Of a stretch of 64,000 nt of DNA, positions 37,193 to 50,602 are shown one piece after another. The position numbers were made by a program, and so were the translations under genes. The notes under the pieces are model-generated. The model saw nothing but the letters and a program-made list of their open reading frames with translations, ran no database searches and was not told the DNA's origin. Position 1 is the stretch's first letter. The number at the start of each line of letters is the position of its first letter. The stretch spans positions 42,966,001-43,030,000 of the forward strand of contig CM060734.1 in the NCBI GenBank assembly GCA_030704615.1. The letters run 5' to 3'. The stretch is from Takakia lepidozioides. Lineage: Eukaryota > Plantae > Bryophyta.

Positions 37193-40100
37193 ATGAAGAG
37201 AGTGAGAGGAATGGAAGAAATCAGGGTGAAGAGCACCACAATCCTGCAGAAACAAACGATTGCTACTCCTCAGGCGGTATAGTTACTGAAGGAGCTGCGA
37301 TTGCAAGGATTGCGAAACAAAGATTGGACATTGCACCATAGACAGTACATGTTACAATTCTTGCAGAACTTTGAGCCTAGGACAGGAGCAACAACGGTGA
37401 AGGGAGTTGAATTAGAAATTACTCCCCTATACCTATAGCAATTGTTTCAATTGCCAGCAGGTCAGGTGCATGTGGAGGAGCACAGGGCAAGACTGCAAAT
37501 AGGGGACTTATTCCAAGAAGGGAGTTTCTTTAAAACTCAGGGTTATGCTTGTACCAAGGCCGTGTACCCAGGGCTAAAGGAGGTAGGCCAGGTATTGAAC
37601 GTTCTGTTTGCCATGAAACAGAACCAACAGTATTTGAGCAGATCCTTCACAGAGGAAATACTCAAAGCCCTGAGAGGAGAAGAGGTAGAATGGGCGGACA
37701 TAATGTACAACGCACTGGTAGAGGAGATGAAAAGATTACAAGGCACTGCCGCAAAATCTCCTATCATAGTGTCTGGCCCAATCATTGCTCAAATAATTCT
37801 TGATTCTGGCATACTTGATGCTCGAGAAGGAAAGGAGATGGGAGTGTTTGAGACTGAAACCACTGCAATGGAAGAGCAAGGCTCTTCACACAGTGAGGGT
37901 GGACTGGCAGGACAACCCCAGACTAAGAGACAGAGGTGGGGAAAGACTGTAGTGGCGGATCCATTGGCTTCACGGAATCCGCATGATAATGTTTCCCAAG
38001 CTCTTGTGTGCAGGAAGGGGCACAGCAGCACAGAGAACTACTATTATTGGAAGCGGGACCTTCAGAGAGGGAAGAGGAAGTTACTTCAGTATCACAGCCA
38101 TCACAGCCAGATGATCGGCCTGTCACAGAGTTACCACAAGTTGTCCATGCAGTTCCACCAGAAATAATTGATTTGGAGAAAGAAGGGTTAGATTTTCCCA
38201 CTACAGAACAGGTGGTGGCAGAAATTGAGAAGGGGGACCTTCTCTATGAATATTCTGGTCTGGTCAAGGAGACAGTGATTCCAGAGGTGCAATAGTTGTC
38301 CAAGGGAAACCCTGCGGTGCATATAATACACACACCTGTGACGGAGGTACCACAGGTAGAATGTCAAGACACTGCAGCACCGGTGACGGATGAGGTGGTT
38401 CAGGAAGAAAATCTGGTGGGACAATGGCCTGAGTGGTTCGTGAGGCATCACAATATTGAGGATCAGGGAGAACAGCAGCAAGCTCACCATGATGACCCTC
38501 AACAGGCCATGCTTATGAGTTCCATAAGCAGGACACTTAATTTGTTGGGGACTTATGTCAAATCCCATGTTCCAACTACCCAATTGGCAGCTTTGAGAGA
38601 GGAACTCAGGAAGGAGTTTGAGGCTTGACTTGCCACTGAGTGTGCAAACAAGGTCGATGAAGAGGTCACTCTCAAGATGCAGCAAGACTTGGAGAGTGCA
38701 GAAGCAGCTTTGCAATTGGCCAAGGAACAATTGATTGAGGCAGGCCTCGCGCAAGACCAGTTGCACGAAGCACATAAGCAACAGCTATACCAAATGCAGT
38801 TGAAGCATAAAAGCAAGTTGCAAGAAGTGAAGGCACTACATACAGAGTTGCAGACAGTGCATGACAGAATGGTCATACAATGTGCTACACTCACAACTAT
38901 GCTTGATCAAAGTACAATAGAAATAAACAGTCAAGCGGAAAAATGTACGAAGGCAGAGGCAGAGAATGTTGAGCAATTGAAACTCATTGTCGATATGAAG
39001 AATACAATCTGTCGCAATGAGAGTACTTTCAAGCAATACAGGCAGGTTGAAGCTGACCAAGAGAGGTACATCCTTGAGTTGCAACAAACACTCATGTCCA
39101 ATAGAAATGAACTCTCTGTGGCTAACAAGGCTTGGAAGGAAGCCAATAATCTGGCTGCTGCCTATGCGAGTTTGGTTGAACCTCATGCGAAGCGCATGGA
39201 GGCTTTACAGCAGCAAATAGATGTGTACAGGCTCACAGAGGAGCAGACTCTAAGGGGTGCCACAAGCAACTTGGTGGATAACCACCTTATGCAGGTCTGG
39301 TTAGCACAAGGGCCAGTGGAGGGCAAAGCACGAAAGCTCACCCAAAGCGAGATGAATGAGCTCAGATTGCAAGTGCAGAACATTGCCACAATTACTATAG
39401 ACAATGTCTATAGTAGGATAGCGGAGTTACAGGAGGATGTAGACGGCCTGCAGACTTAAGTGGAGGACCTCACTTCAAATATCGACAAGAGAGTCTGTGT
39501 ACCTGAGGAACAACTAATGGCTTCTTATTTACAAGCGAGAACTTTGGCTTTTCAGTCTTCTTCACAAAGGGTGCAGGAGATGCCAATGGTACAAGAGCCA
39601 GTGCCACCAACACCACAACAAGTCACTGTGCCAGTAGCTGACCCTGTTGTTACTACAGCCACACCCTAGCCCCCACAGCCTGAGGTATGGGGGAATGCTG
39701 CTTTTAACCCACCTAAAACTCCAGCTGCACAGGAGTACAGTCGGGCTATGATTATGCCCTTCAACCAAATTCCCATTGTGTTGGATTTGGCTTGGAAGGA
39801 ATTTAGTCCTCCGCAGTCATTGGCACATTACTATCAAATCATGCGCATTTGGCTGCCAGTGGCAACTAGGACTAAAGTTCTTCCGAACAATTGAGGATCA
39901 TCACTTTGCACAGTACTGGCATGAGGCAGGTACCATGTTGAAGGAATTAATTGCCTTCCAAGTTGTACATGGATTCATTTATACCAAGACCAAAGAGGTA
40001 GCAAGTATTGTCATGGGCTGCGGGTTATACTACGCTGCTTGTTTTCTGGTACGTTATCACATTGAGCAGCAGAAGATGCAAACGCGCTTTATGAGTTATT

Positions 40101-40741
40101 CCAGTGGGGATCATTGGGTCTTACCTTCAGTGCCACCTCATATGTACCTATATGAGGCAAAAGTTATGATGCAAAAGGATTCTCAAATTCGTTCATGGTT
40201 TCATGCGGCCTGGAACAATTTGTCAACACAGAAATTCGGGCCTGATGATATTTTCTTTAAGGGACATGAAGCATGGAAATACTTGCACAATTCACAAGTC
40301 ATTGGTACCCCACTCACCTGGACAGACAAGGAGCTCAGGGTCTTCACCAATTTTGCCATTCAGCGTTTACAGCAAGTTTTGCAGTTTAAACTTCCAGACA
40401 TGGTAGGACAACATTGTATGCCCCAGAGGATTACACAAAAAGTTCGGCAGTTAAAACACGTGAGAGACAATGAGGATTCTGATACAACTGTTTCTTCAGC
40501 GGACTCTTTTGACATGGGAGAAGACTATGCAATTCAGATGGCAAAGAAGAAGCGACGGGGGTCTCCTATGCCTGAAAGATTACCTCGATATCAGCCTCCA
40601 GAGGGCCTCACATATCCAGGTAGTGTTCAATCATCTCCGTCAACCAGTGACAGACCTCGGGCTCGCACACAGAGTCCTTCACGAGACTCTCAACGTCAGA
40701 AGGGTGCTCATTCACAAAGGTTTGCTAATCCCAAACAGTAA
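37193..40741 (+). pseudogene. Most complete copy of the 3' extra ORF (~1180 codons, several stops and frameshifts)
   Basis: MKRVRGMEEIRV...FLQNFEPRTG.TTVKGVEL...EWADIMYNAL, then an acidic linker, a long coiled coil and a conserved aromatic-rich C-terminal domain. Confidence 0.8.
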
Positions 40742-40780
40742 ACCGTGAGGACACGACTTTTTGAGAGGGGGAGGGGTAAA

Positions 40781-41817
40781 TGTTAGAAGGCTGCTTGGGA
40801 CTTGGACACTTTTACGGGATCTGTGGGGTACCCTTAATTTTTGCACAGACTGAGACCAACAGGAGCCTTAGGGGTGACAGCAGCGCACTTTAGGGGAGGT
40901 CACACAGCCCATCACAGCCAACACAGCTCGTCACAGTCCGACACAGCCCATCACAGCCAACACAACTCGTCACAGTCCGACACAGTCCGTCACAGCCAAC
41001 ACAGCTCGTCACAGCCAATACAGCCTGTCACAGTCCGACACAGCCGACACAGCCGACACAGCCAGTCACAGCTCGACACAGCTGACACAGTCCAACACAG
41101 TCGCACAGCCAGTCACACCTTGACACAGCTGTCACGACCATAGGAAACGGATAGCATGACAGGGAACGACTGTGGGGAACAACATCTGCGAATGAAACAT
41201 GTTAGTTCACGGATGACGGTTAGTGAGGGAAACGGTTAGAACAACGGGTAGGAAGATAAAGCCAGGAGCGCGGACTGGAAAATGATCACTTCTTGGGGAA
41301 TCACTGCTGGAAGGAGTTCGGGAGCACTTCTTGGGGGGACTTCGGACATCACTGGGAGAAATGAGGCAGAGAGCGCGTCTCTGAGCAGAAAGAGCCAGAG
41401 CACGGAGTAGGAGGAGGACGACCTGTTGATGCTTAATGAATGCAAGCAGTAGAGTTGTAATGTAGAGCAGATTAGAGACTCCATGGCTTCAGCCTGATAC
41501 TTGATAGATATAAATCTGATACATACTTTATACTCACACTGTGTAGAGAGATCTGAGTGAAGCTGTGGAATGAATGGATGAGTTGATGGAATCCGATAGA
41601 TTGCTGAAGCAAACTGATACTTAATTACCAACAGTAAGGTAACTAGCTAACATGAATGTGAGAAGGAAAATAAATAGGAAACACCCCCATAATACACTAA
41701 CTGTAGGTCATGACTGATTGTTCTGAGCGGGCTGAGTGCTTAGAGATTTCCAACTCTTCTATCTTGGAGTTTCCGCCTCGGATAGCGAAGGGATGGGTGA
41801 GTAAAAACCGCGCGACA
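40781..41817 (+). repeat. 3' LTR (family A)
   Basis: PPT at ~40763-40777; TG...CA ends. Confidence 0.95.
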
Positions 41818-42284
41818 ACAGCGAACGACTGCGAGGGAACGACATCTACAGAGGGAACATGTTACTTCAGGGATGACGGTTAGTTAGTTAGGTGGTTAGA
41901 ATAGCTTGCAGGCAGATAAGGAGGGCGGCAACGGGAAGTAGGGGGACTTCACGGGGAGCGCTTCTTGGTCATGAGAGGAGGAGATCAGCGGAGAGCAAGA
42001 ACGAGAGCACAGAGAAGGAGGAAAGATGAACAGTAGATGTTTATTACATGCAAAGCTGTAGTGATACTGGAGGGCAGATTAGAGTCACCATGGCATTGAC
42101 CTGATATCTGATAAATCATAATCTGATACTTATTCGATACAATCACACGGTGTAGAGAGTCATGAGTGAAGCTGTGGAATGAATGCATGTTTAACTGGAA
42201 CTTAGTAGATACTGAAGCAATCTGATGCTTCAGTATTCACGGTAAGGTAAATTGATAACATGAAGGCAAGAAGAAGTACAAATG
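41818..42284 (+). repeat. Truncated LTR of a diverged subfamily; target of the preceding insertion
   Basis: Matches 51237-51703. Confidence 0.85.
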
Positions 42285-42499
42285 TCATCAATTAATGTCA
42301 TGATCATCCCCAAAATGAGATCCACTCCATCGATCTCGTTAATGGTGACGTGGAATATCAAGACGTTTACCCATGTAATTTTTTTTATATTTGACTTTTA
42401 TGATTTACTTCTACCTTTTCTAATGACAGGGCAGCCACGGTGTAAAACGGACGTGGCCAATTATTAATATTTATTAATTCCTTTAAAAAAATATATCAG

Positions 42500-43330
42500 C
42501 CTATATTGGCGGTCGCATATAATTTATTATTTTTAAAATGAAGCGACCGCCCATATTGGCGGTCGCTTGTAATTTAATATTTTGTTAAATTAAGCAACCG
42601 CCTATATTGGCGGTCGCCGGTAATTTATTAATTTTTAAATGAAGCGACCGCCCATATTGGCTGTTGTTTGTATTTTATTATATTTTAAAATAAGCGACCA
42701 CCTATATTGGCGGTTGGTTGAAGTTTATTATGTTTTAAATGAAGCGACCGCCCAGATTGGCGGTCGTTCTCACTTTATTATATTATATTATTATATCTTT
42801 AATATATTTTGTAAAAATATAGCGACCGCCATGTTGCGGTCGCTTTAGTTTTTATTTAAATTTAGCGACCGCCATTTAGCAGTGGTCACTTATTTTTATT
42901 TTTATTCTTAAATAAAGCGACCGCCGTTTGGTGGTCGCTTCTTTAGTAAATTTTTGAAAAATGCAGCAACCGCCATTTTGCGGCCGTCGCTATATTTGTT
43001 AATAAACAATACAGCGACCGCCATTTGGCGGCGGTCGCTTGATTTAATTTTGATTCTTAAATTAAGCGACCACCTACTGGCGGTTGCTTATTTAATATAT
43101 TTAAAAAAAATGAAGCGACCGCCATTTAGCGGCGGTCGCTTATTTTTATTTTGAATCTTGAATTAAGCAACCGCCAGTAGGCGATCGCTTATTTAATATA
43201 TTTTTAAAAAATGGAGCGATCGCCATGTGGCGGTCGCTCTTCTTGTTGTTATAAATATAGCGACCGCTATGCGGCGGTTGTGTATTTTTTTTTTTTTGGA
43301 AATCCAGGAACCCGCCGTGTGGCGGTTTTG
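42500..43330. repeat. Array of AGCGACCGCC-n-GGCGGTCGC hairpins in AT-rich spacers
   Basis: About 15 copies at ~55-65 bp spacing. Resembles CACTA-type subterminal/internal repeats, but no termini were seen. Confidence 0.85.
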
Positions 43331-43364
43331 TTTAAAAAAAAAAAATCATGAAGCGGCGCCTGGC

Positions 43365-43575
43365 CAACCACGTGGCGAGGTGTCGCGGGTCAGGAAAAAC
43401 GAAACAAATGGGAAGGGGGGGGGAAGGTGGTTTTGAACCCTTGACCTCTCCCTTGTGGGTGCGCATGGCGAGGTGCGACTGGCCAGTCGCGCCGAGTTGA
43501 CACGTGGCAAGGCACCACTTCAAGCATAATGCCATGGGGGGGGGGGGGGGGCGCTGGTGGGCGCCTATATAAACC
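43365..43575 (+). promoter_or_regulatory. Putative Pol II promoter (two G-boxes and a TATA box)
   Basis: CACGTGGC at 43369 and 43501; TATATAAA at 43566. A pyrimidine-rich leader resumes at 50603. Confidence 0.45.
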
Positions 43576-43585
43576 ATTCCCCCCT

Positions 43586-46500
43586 TGTCGCGCACCTCAC
43601 CTCGGTAAGTTCCCCTTCAAGTCATAGTTACTGGCTTTGATGCGCGCGCCTAACTCCCAACTTGGCCGCCGGGCCAACTTGGAGCTTCGGCCGCTCACCG
43701 GGACATAACGGTCCCCCTTTACTCTCCCACCAGACCCTCCGCCAATTTAGGCCTAGTGGAAATTCCCTTTGGTAGATGGCAGTCCGGAAATAGCTCCCCA
43801 CTCCTTGGTCGCTTTCCGGCTCGCTCGCTTATTCACTAGTTTTTGGACACCAACGGGCTTGCACCGTTCTCGGGGTTACTACTCCATATATATATACTTC
43901 TGTGACTGTCCGCGGGGGTTTCACAAACAACCATGCCATTTTATGGCGAACCACCACGAAGACCCTCGATTCCCGGTGCTGAGTCGCGGTGAGTCTTGGC
44001 CCACCCACCACGGCCCCATTGGACCGTGGTGCGTCCCAAGACTCCCCACGACTCCCACCACCAGGTCTCCGCCCCATGGTGAGTCCTATGCCAACCCCAC
44101 TAAGTCCCACTAAGCTACCACCACCCCCTTGTGGAGCCACCCCCACCGCAACCCGGTGTGCGGGGCTCCACCTAGTGAGCGCCTCCGCCTCCTTGAGTGC
44201 CTTGGGCACTCAAGGGTGCTTCAGCCCCCCGTACCTATTGCTGCCACCGCCCCCACCACAGGGGCAGCCCCTCTGCGTCCCGACCCCCTGCCCTCAAGGC
44301 AAAGGGCCGCGACACACACCCCTACCAACAGGGAGTCGATGTCCTCATCGACTTGTCCATTCTGTAGAAACGAACATCCAAGTTGTGGCGTCCCACATCA
44401 AGGAGTTTGTTTCCGCACCATGGCGTCCCATGGCAAAGAATCAGACCCCACACTTGACTCTACTCTCCACTAGCTAGTTCGGCCGACTTTCTCTAAGTCC
44501 CGGCCAAGGGTGGAGCCTCTCAAGCTCCTCCCAGTGCACTCTTCTTGACCCACTTCAGGGCCAAGGAACCATCATCCCCGAGGATCGAATCGCCTTACTG
44601 CAACAACATTTGCTTGCGACTTGCTCGTGATGTCGTTTTTTTGCATCACCTTGAGCAAGGGTTCGCCTTGAACCCTTTTTGACTAGGAAGTTAACCTTGA
44701 ACCAACCGTGCGCCCCAATAAATACAATTGGGTCCGCCTTGGAATGCTGGCCTAAGGTACGGGAACACGCCGAAGCCGCACTACGACTTCGTCCCGAGGC
44801 TACACGATTATAGTACGTGAACGGAAGCGCGTAGCTTCCGCGTTAGCCCGCACTACAAGGCAACCCCCTCGGTAGTGCAGTTATAGTACGCGCACGCGCC
44901 AGGTGCGCACTAGCACGTGAACTCCCAACGAAGGTGCAAGTTTCCTCGCCCCTTGGGTGGGAGTCACCCGATTTCGGCACTACACAAACACACGATTGAT
45001 CCAATTTACCTCTCCCACTTTGTAAGCTTTAGCATGCATTCTACACACTAGCCAACCATACCATGCATCACCATTCCAAACAAGATAGGACGCACAACAT
45101 TTGGAAACCATTTCATTTATAACAAAATTTGTACAATACAAGTTTTTGCAATCGGGTTCCGGAGCTAGCTAAGCCGGGCTAAGCATGCATTTCCTCCCCC
45201 ACGCTCCAAGGTTGATGTCCCCATCAACGCTTTTTCCGCTTTTGAGGTCGCCCTTCGAAAGCTGCAACCGCCTCGGATGCGTTCCCCATTTCTGAGGCAC
45301 GCACCCAAGATGCCTCCACATGATGATAGCCCTTCCATTTCACGAGATAATCCGTTTCTCGATTCTTGAACCTCCTCGACTTAAGCACTGCCTCCACCTC
45401 GTACTTAGGTTCATTTTCATGATCCAACAGCACAGGTGGCGGACACAACACTTGAGGCCGATTCGAGCGCGCTTCATCTTTGAAGTAAGGCTTCAAAAGG
45501 GAGACGTGGAATACCGGATGCACCTTGCTGTTTGCCGGCAGCTCCAGTTCATACACATCCTCATTCATAACCTTCCGGATGCGAAAAGATCCCGCATACG
45601 GAGGTATGAACTTCGGACTCACTTAGTCGAAAATTCTTGATGTTCAACCAGACCTCCGTGCCTGCCTCAAACTTAACCTCCCTCCGCTTCCGATTCGCCT
45701 GCCGTTCATACCGTTTCCTAGCTTTGGCAATGTTGTACTTTGCGAGCTTCAACAAACGCTCGCGTTCTTCCAGCACTGCCGCCGCTGCCCGTTCCTCAAC
45801 GTCTTGGGCGGCCCAACTTGTCGGCACCAGAGGTGCTTTTCTATAAACCAATACGAAAGGGGAAACTCCCGTTGCGGAATGTTTGTGTTATTATAACAGA
45901 ACTCTGCTGCATCCAAGTGCTCCACCCAGTCCGATTGGTCTGCCGACACGTAATTCCGCAAGATCTGCTTCACCACGGAATTCACCCTTTCCGTTTGGCC
46001 GTCCGTCGTAGGTTGGAAGGCGGTGCTCATTTTGAGCCTCGTCCCCATTTTCTTCCAAAGTGCCCTCCAAAACTTACTTGTAAACTTTGGATTGCGGTCC
46101 GAGACAATATCCTTGGGGAGTCCATGATGCTTGAAGACGTGGGCGAAGTAAAGTCGCCCCGTCTCCTGCGCCGTTGCCGTCTCCTTGGTGGGGATGAAAT
46201 AGCCCATTTTACTGAACATATCCACCACCACCATGATTGCATCGAATCCTTTTGACCGTGGCATAGCAGTCATGAAATCCATCGAGACACTTTCCCAAGA
46301 TCCCTCTGGAATTGGCAAGGGTTGTAACAGCCCCGCTTGCTTTTTGTACTCGCTCTGATTTTGTTGGCATGTGGTGCATGTCTTGACATACTCCTTGGCC
46401 TCCTCCCTCAGTTTGGGTCAGAAATACTCTTTCTTCAAGAGTGCCGCGGTGCGCTTGGCTCCGCCGTGGCCCGCAAGCGGGCCATCATGGCATTCTCTCA

Positions 46501-49500
46501 AGAGACTATCTCTGATCCCTCCCTTCAGTACGTAGAGACGTTTTTGCTTGTACCGGAGTAGTCCATTTTGCAAGTGGAACTGTGATTTAACCCCCATCCT
46601 CAAGTCCCGCATCACGGACTTCGCCATCTCATCCTTCTGGTAAGCCTTCCTGATCTTCCTCTGGAGCGTCGTCTCACCCTTGTACACTAGCATGAGCTAC
46701 TGCTTTCTACTTAAAGCATCGGCCACCATATTGTCCCGTCTCGGTTTGTACTGGATATCCACGTTCAACACCGCCAAAATGTCTTGCCACCTAAGTTGTT
46801 TTGGGGACAACTTAGGCTGCGTGGCAAAATACTTCACCGTGACATTGTTCGTGAACACCTTCACCGGGTTGGAACCAACATAGTGGCGCCAAAGCTCAAG
46901 GCAATGCACCACCGCTTTCATCTCTTTCTCGTGCGTTGGCCACCATCGCTCCACTTCATTCAGTTTCTTACTTTCGTAAGCCACTGGACGTCCATCCTGC
47001 ATGAGTACACCTCCAATCGCGAAGTCCGACGCATCCGTATGAATCTCAAATGGGCGGTCGAACTCCGGGATTTTCAGGACTGGAGCTTCCGCCATCCGCT
47101 GCTTCAACTCGGCAAAAGCTTGGCCACAAAAGGTATTCCATACCCATACCTTGGATTTACACAGAAGGTCTGACAACGGCCCCGCGATCTTGGCGAAATT
47201 TCTCACATACTTTTGGTAATAGGAGGCGAGCCCTAAGAAGGATCGCACTCCCGGGACCGAAGTCGGAGGCTCCCAGTCCAAGATCACCCTCACCTTTCTG
47301 TCATCCACTTTTATCCCATCCTGTGTAATCACACGCCCCAGGAACTCTACTTTTGTGACCCCGAATTTGCACTTTGAAGCTTTGGCATACAACTTCCCTT
47401 CCCGTAATTTCTAGAACACCCTTCTTAGGTGCTCCAGGTGCTCTTCCTTTGTTTTCGAGTACACCAAGATGTCGTCGATGTACACGATCACAAAGTCATC
47501 CAACCACTCCTGGAAAAGGCTGTTCATTAGCGTGCTAAAGGTCGCGGGTGCGTTGGTGAGCCCAAAAGGCATCACCAAGAACTCATATGAACCATACCTT
47601 GTTCTGCACGCGGTTTTTTCTTCATCTCCTTCCGCCACTCGAATTTGATGGTAGCCAGAGCGTAAATCGATCCGGCTGAAATACTTCGCTCCTGCCAACC
47701 GGTCGAAGAGGTCGTCGATCCTTGGCAAAGGGTACCGGTTTTTTATAGTCACCTTATTCAGAGCCCTGTAGTCGACACACATCCGCAGCGTCCCATCCTT
47801 CTTGTCTGCGAATAGCACCGGGGCTCCGTAAGGTGACTTACTCGGTCGGATGTACCCCTTTGACATTAGATCCTTGAGCTGAGTTTTCAGCTCGACCAAC
47901 TCTATGTGGCTCAACCGGTAGGGCGCCTTGGCAGGCGGCTCCGATCCCGGTATCACCTTAATTTTGTGGTCAACTCCTCTTTGCGGTGGCAAGCCGCTTG
48001 GTAAATCCTCCGGCATCACATCCTGGTATTTCTCCAAGATCCCCTTGATCCAATCTAGGCTCGGCTCTCCATCGCCTTTTCCTTTCACTTGTCTTACGTA
48101 AAGCAAAAACTGGGGCTCGTGTGGCTCCTCCACGGCCCACTCCTTTGCTGTCAACAGGTTTATCCGGATTTGCTCAAAAAGGTCATTCCCAAAATGAGAT
48201 CCACTCCATCGATCTCGCAAATGGTGAAGTTCTCATGTCCCTCCCAACTCCCGCGCTGAAGAGGAACATCGAACGCCAACCTCGTCGCCAATTGTGGTTC
48301 TCCTTTGGCAGAACGCACCTCAATAGGGGCCCCCACATCACTTGTCGGGAGTCCCAGCTTCCATGCCGTTGCCGGTGTCATGAAGGAGTGCGACGCTTCT
48401 GTGTCCACCAACAATGACACGTTAGTTCCGGAAATTATCCCACTCACGAACAATAACTGACTCCCTTTACGCAGGGCGCCAGTCTCCTGATACAACTCAC
48501 AAGAATAGTTGCCTACCTTGCAAGTCTTGGCAACCACTACCTCCACCAAGCGGCTAATGGAATCCTCGGACAACTCCGTGGTTGCCCGAGTCATGTTCAA
48601 TTGTCGGGGTTTCGCGCACTTTTTGGCCATGTGCCCGGGTTCCCCGCAATTAAAGCACACTCCATCGAAGGTCACCTTCTGCCCGCCATAAGCTGCCGCA
48701 CCTGGTTTTCTTTTCGGGGCACCGGGTGCCGTCTTGACGTTTGAGGGCCCTCCCTTCGATTTCCATGTGCCATAGTCGCCGCGTGGCCTATCCCACTTCT
48801 TTTCCGGTCGGAAGGAGTCACCCTCCCGCCGGGTCTTCTTGTGGTTCAGCTCTGTACGGCCTTGTCTTTCGCCCCTAGGGACATCCGAGAAACATTCAGC
48901 CCTTTCAATTGCCTCGTTCAAAGTCTTAGGTGGCTTCTCCTCCAACTTCCATCTGGCCCATGGGGCCAGTCCAGCCACAAAGTTGAAGACCATTTCTGGT
49001 TCTGCCATGTCCGCGACTTTAAGCAACAACATATTATCTCTCACCCTCTTTTACAACTCCCAGAAGGGGTCAATCTACTCGCCACAATTGACCCAAACCA
49101 GCTTAAGTATATTCACACCCCTCCTCTTCCCAAATATCTCAAATGGAAGGAACTCACCCTAACCCTGATTCTACACATCCAAAACCCCCGGCATACAGCC
49201 ATACCCCTGAATGTCATCCGTTTGCTTCAGATTCCTCATCTTGTCCCGGGCGAGCCAGGACGCGTTGAGGGGCACAAACTGTCTCTTCATCAGTTCCTTG
49301 AACCCACTCCAGTTCAAGGTTTCCGGGTTTGGACCTCGGTCGTGAAGGCGTTTTTGCCACCATTGTTGAGCATAGCCCCTCAAATAGGTGGGAGCCACTT
49401 CCACCCGATCCTCGTCACTGAACTTGGCCGCCCGGAAGTACTGCTCTAGCTCCAAGAGCCAGGTGTTGAGTGCCTTCCGATTTTGGACGCCCTCGAAGGT

Positions 49501-50602
49501 GTCGGGTTCCTTAGGCTTCACCTTAAACTTTGCCTTAGTGGAAGTGGCATTAGCCGCCTTCAACACGTCTTTTAATGTTTTGCCAAACTGCGCCAATAAC
49601 CCTTCCCAAAAGGCTGCTGGCATGGGAGACATCTGTTGGTCTGTCGGAGCTCTCTGGAATTCCTTGGGCTCTGACTCCTCAGATTCTTCCCGTTCTTGAG
49701 CGGCCTCGCTCTCAAAAGCATGCATCGCTTCCTCAAATGGTCGCTTCGGTGACATGTTGACCCCATAGGGCTCACCAGGATCATCATCTTTCGGGCCGTT
49801 CTGCTTTCGCTTTGGCTTGCCTGACCCCATGATGAGGCCGATCCCAATGACGATCACGTACTGAACTCTAAGCTCTGATACCAAGTGTCGCGCACCTTAC
49901 CTCGGTAAGTTCCCCTTCAAGTCATAGTTACTGGCTTTGATGCGCGCGCCTAACTCCCAACCTGGCCGCCAGGCCAACTTGGAGCTTCGGCTGCTCACTA
50001 GGACATAACAGTCCCCCTTTACTCTCCCTCCAGACCCTCCGCCAATTTAGGCCTAGTGGAAATTCCCTTTGGTAGATGGCAGTCCGGAAATAGCTCCCCA
50101 CTCCTTGGTCGCTTTCCGGCTCGCTCGCTTACTCACTAGTTTTTGGACACCAACGGGCTTGCACTGTTCTCGGGGTTACTACTCCCTATATATACTTCCG
50201 GGGGGGTTTCACAAACAACCATGTCATTTTATGGCGAACCACCACGAAGACCCTCGATTCCCGGTGATGAGTCGCGGTGAGTCTTGGCCCACCCACCACG
50301 GCCCCATTGGACCGTGGTGAGTCCCAAGACTCCCCAAGACTCCCACCACCAGGTCTCCGCCCCATGGTGAGTCCTATGCCAACCCCACTAAGTCCCACTA
50401 AGCTACCACCACCCCCTTGTGGAGCCACCCCCACCGCAACCCGGTGTGCGGGGCTCCACCTAGTGAGCGCCTCCGCCTCCTTGAGTGCCTTGGGCACTCA
50501 AGGGTGCTTCAGCCCCCCGTACCTATTGCTACCACCGCCCCCACCACAGGGGCAGCCCCTCTGCGTCCCGACCCCTTGCCCTCAAGGCAAAGGGCCGTGA
50601 CA
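43586..50602 (-). mobile_element. Full-length chromodomain Ty3/Gypsy element (chromovirus, Tcn1-like), decayed
   Basis: LTRs 43586-44314 and 49886-50602. PBS TGGTATCAGAGC (tRNA-iMet) at 49872-49883. Flanks CCCCT/CCCTT. Domain order gag, CCHC, PR, RT, RH, INT, chromo. Confidence 0.95.
45224..49833 (-). pseudogene. Chromovirus gag-pol with C-terminal chromodomain
   Basis: CFNCGEPGHMAKKC, LLVDTEASHSF, YIDDILV, HTDASD, SMDF...SDR...TER, YEVEAVL...YLVKWKGY...SW. Contains stops, frameshifts and an insertion. Confidence 0.93.

Larger units (their letters stand above)
35968..41817 (+). mobile_element. 3' part of a family A element: integrase tail, 30-bp repeats, extra ORF, PPT and 3' LTR
   Basis: GRVNANKLKGY integrase end. 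Collinear (inverted) with 9475-28440. Confidence 0.9.

Noticed and set aside
37193-40741. Calling the extra ORF a retroviral env or a host SMC/myosin gene
   Set aside because: No clear signal peptide or fusion-protein features; the coiled coil is non-specific, and the ORF is a fixed part of the retroelement.
42500-43330. CRISPR-like or terminator-like hairpin series
   Set aside because: Repeats are degenerate and spacers are low-complexity A/T; better explained as TE subterminal/internal repeats.
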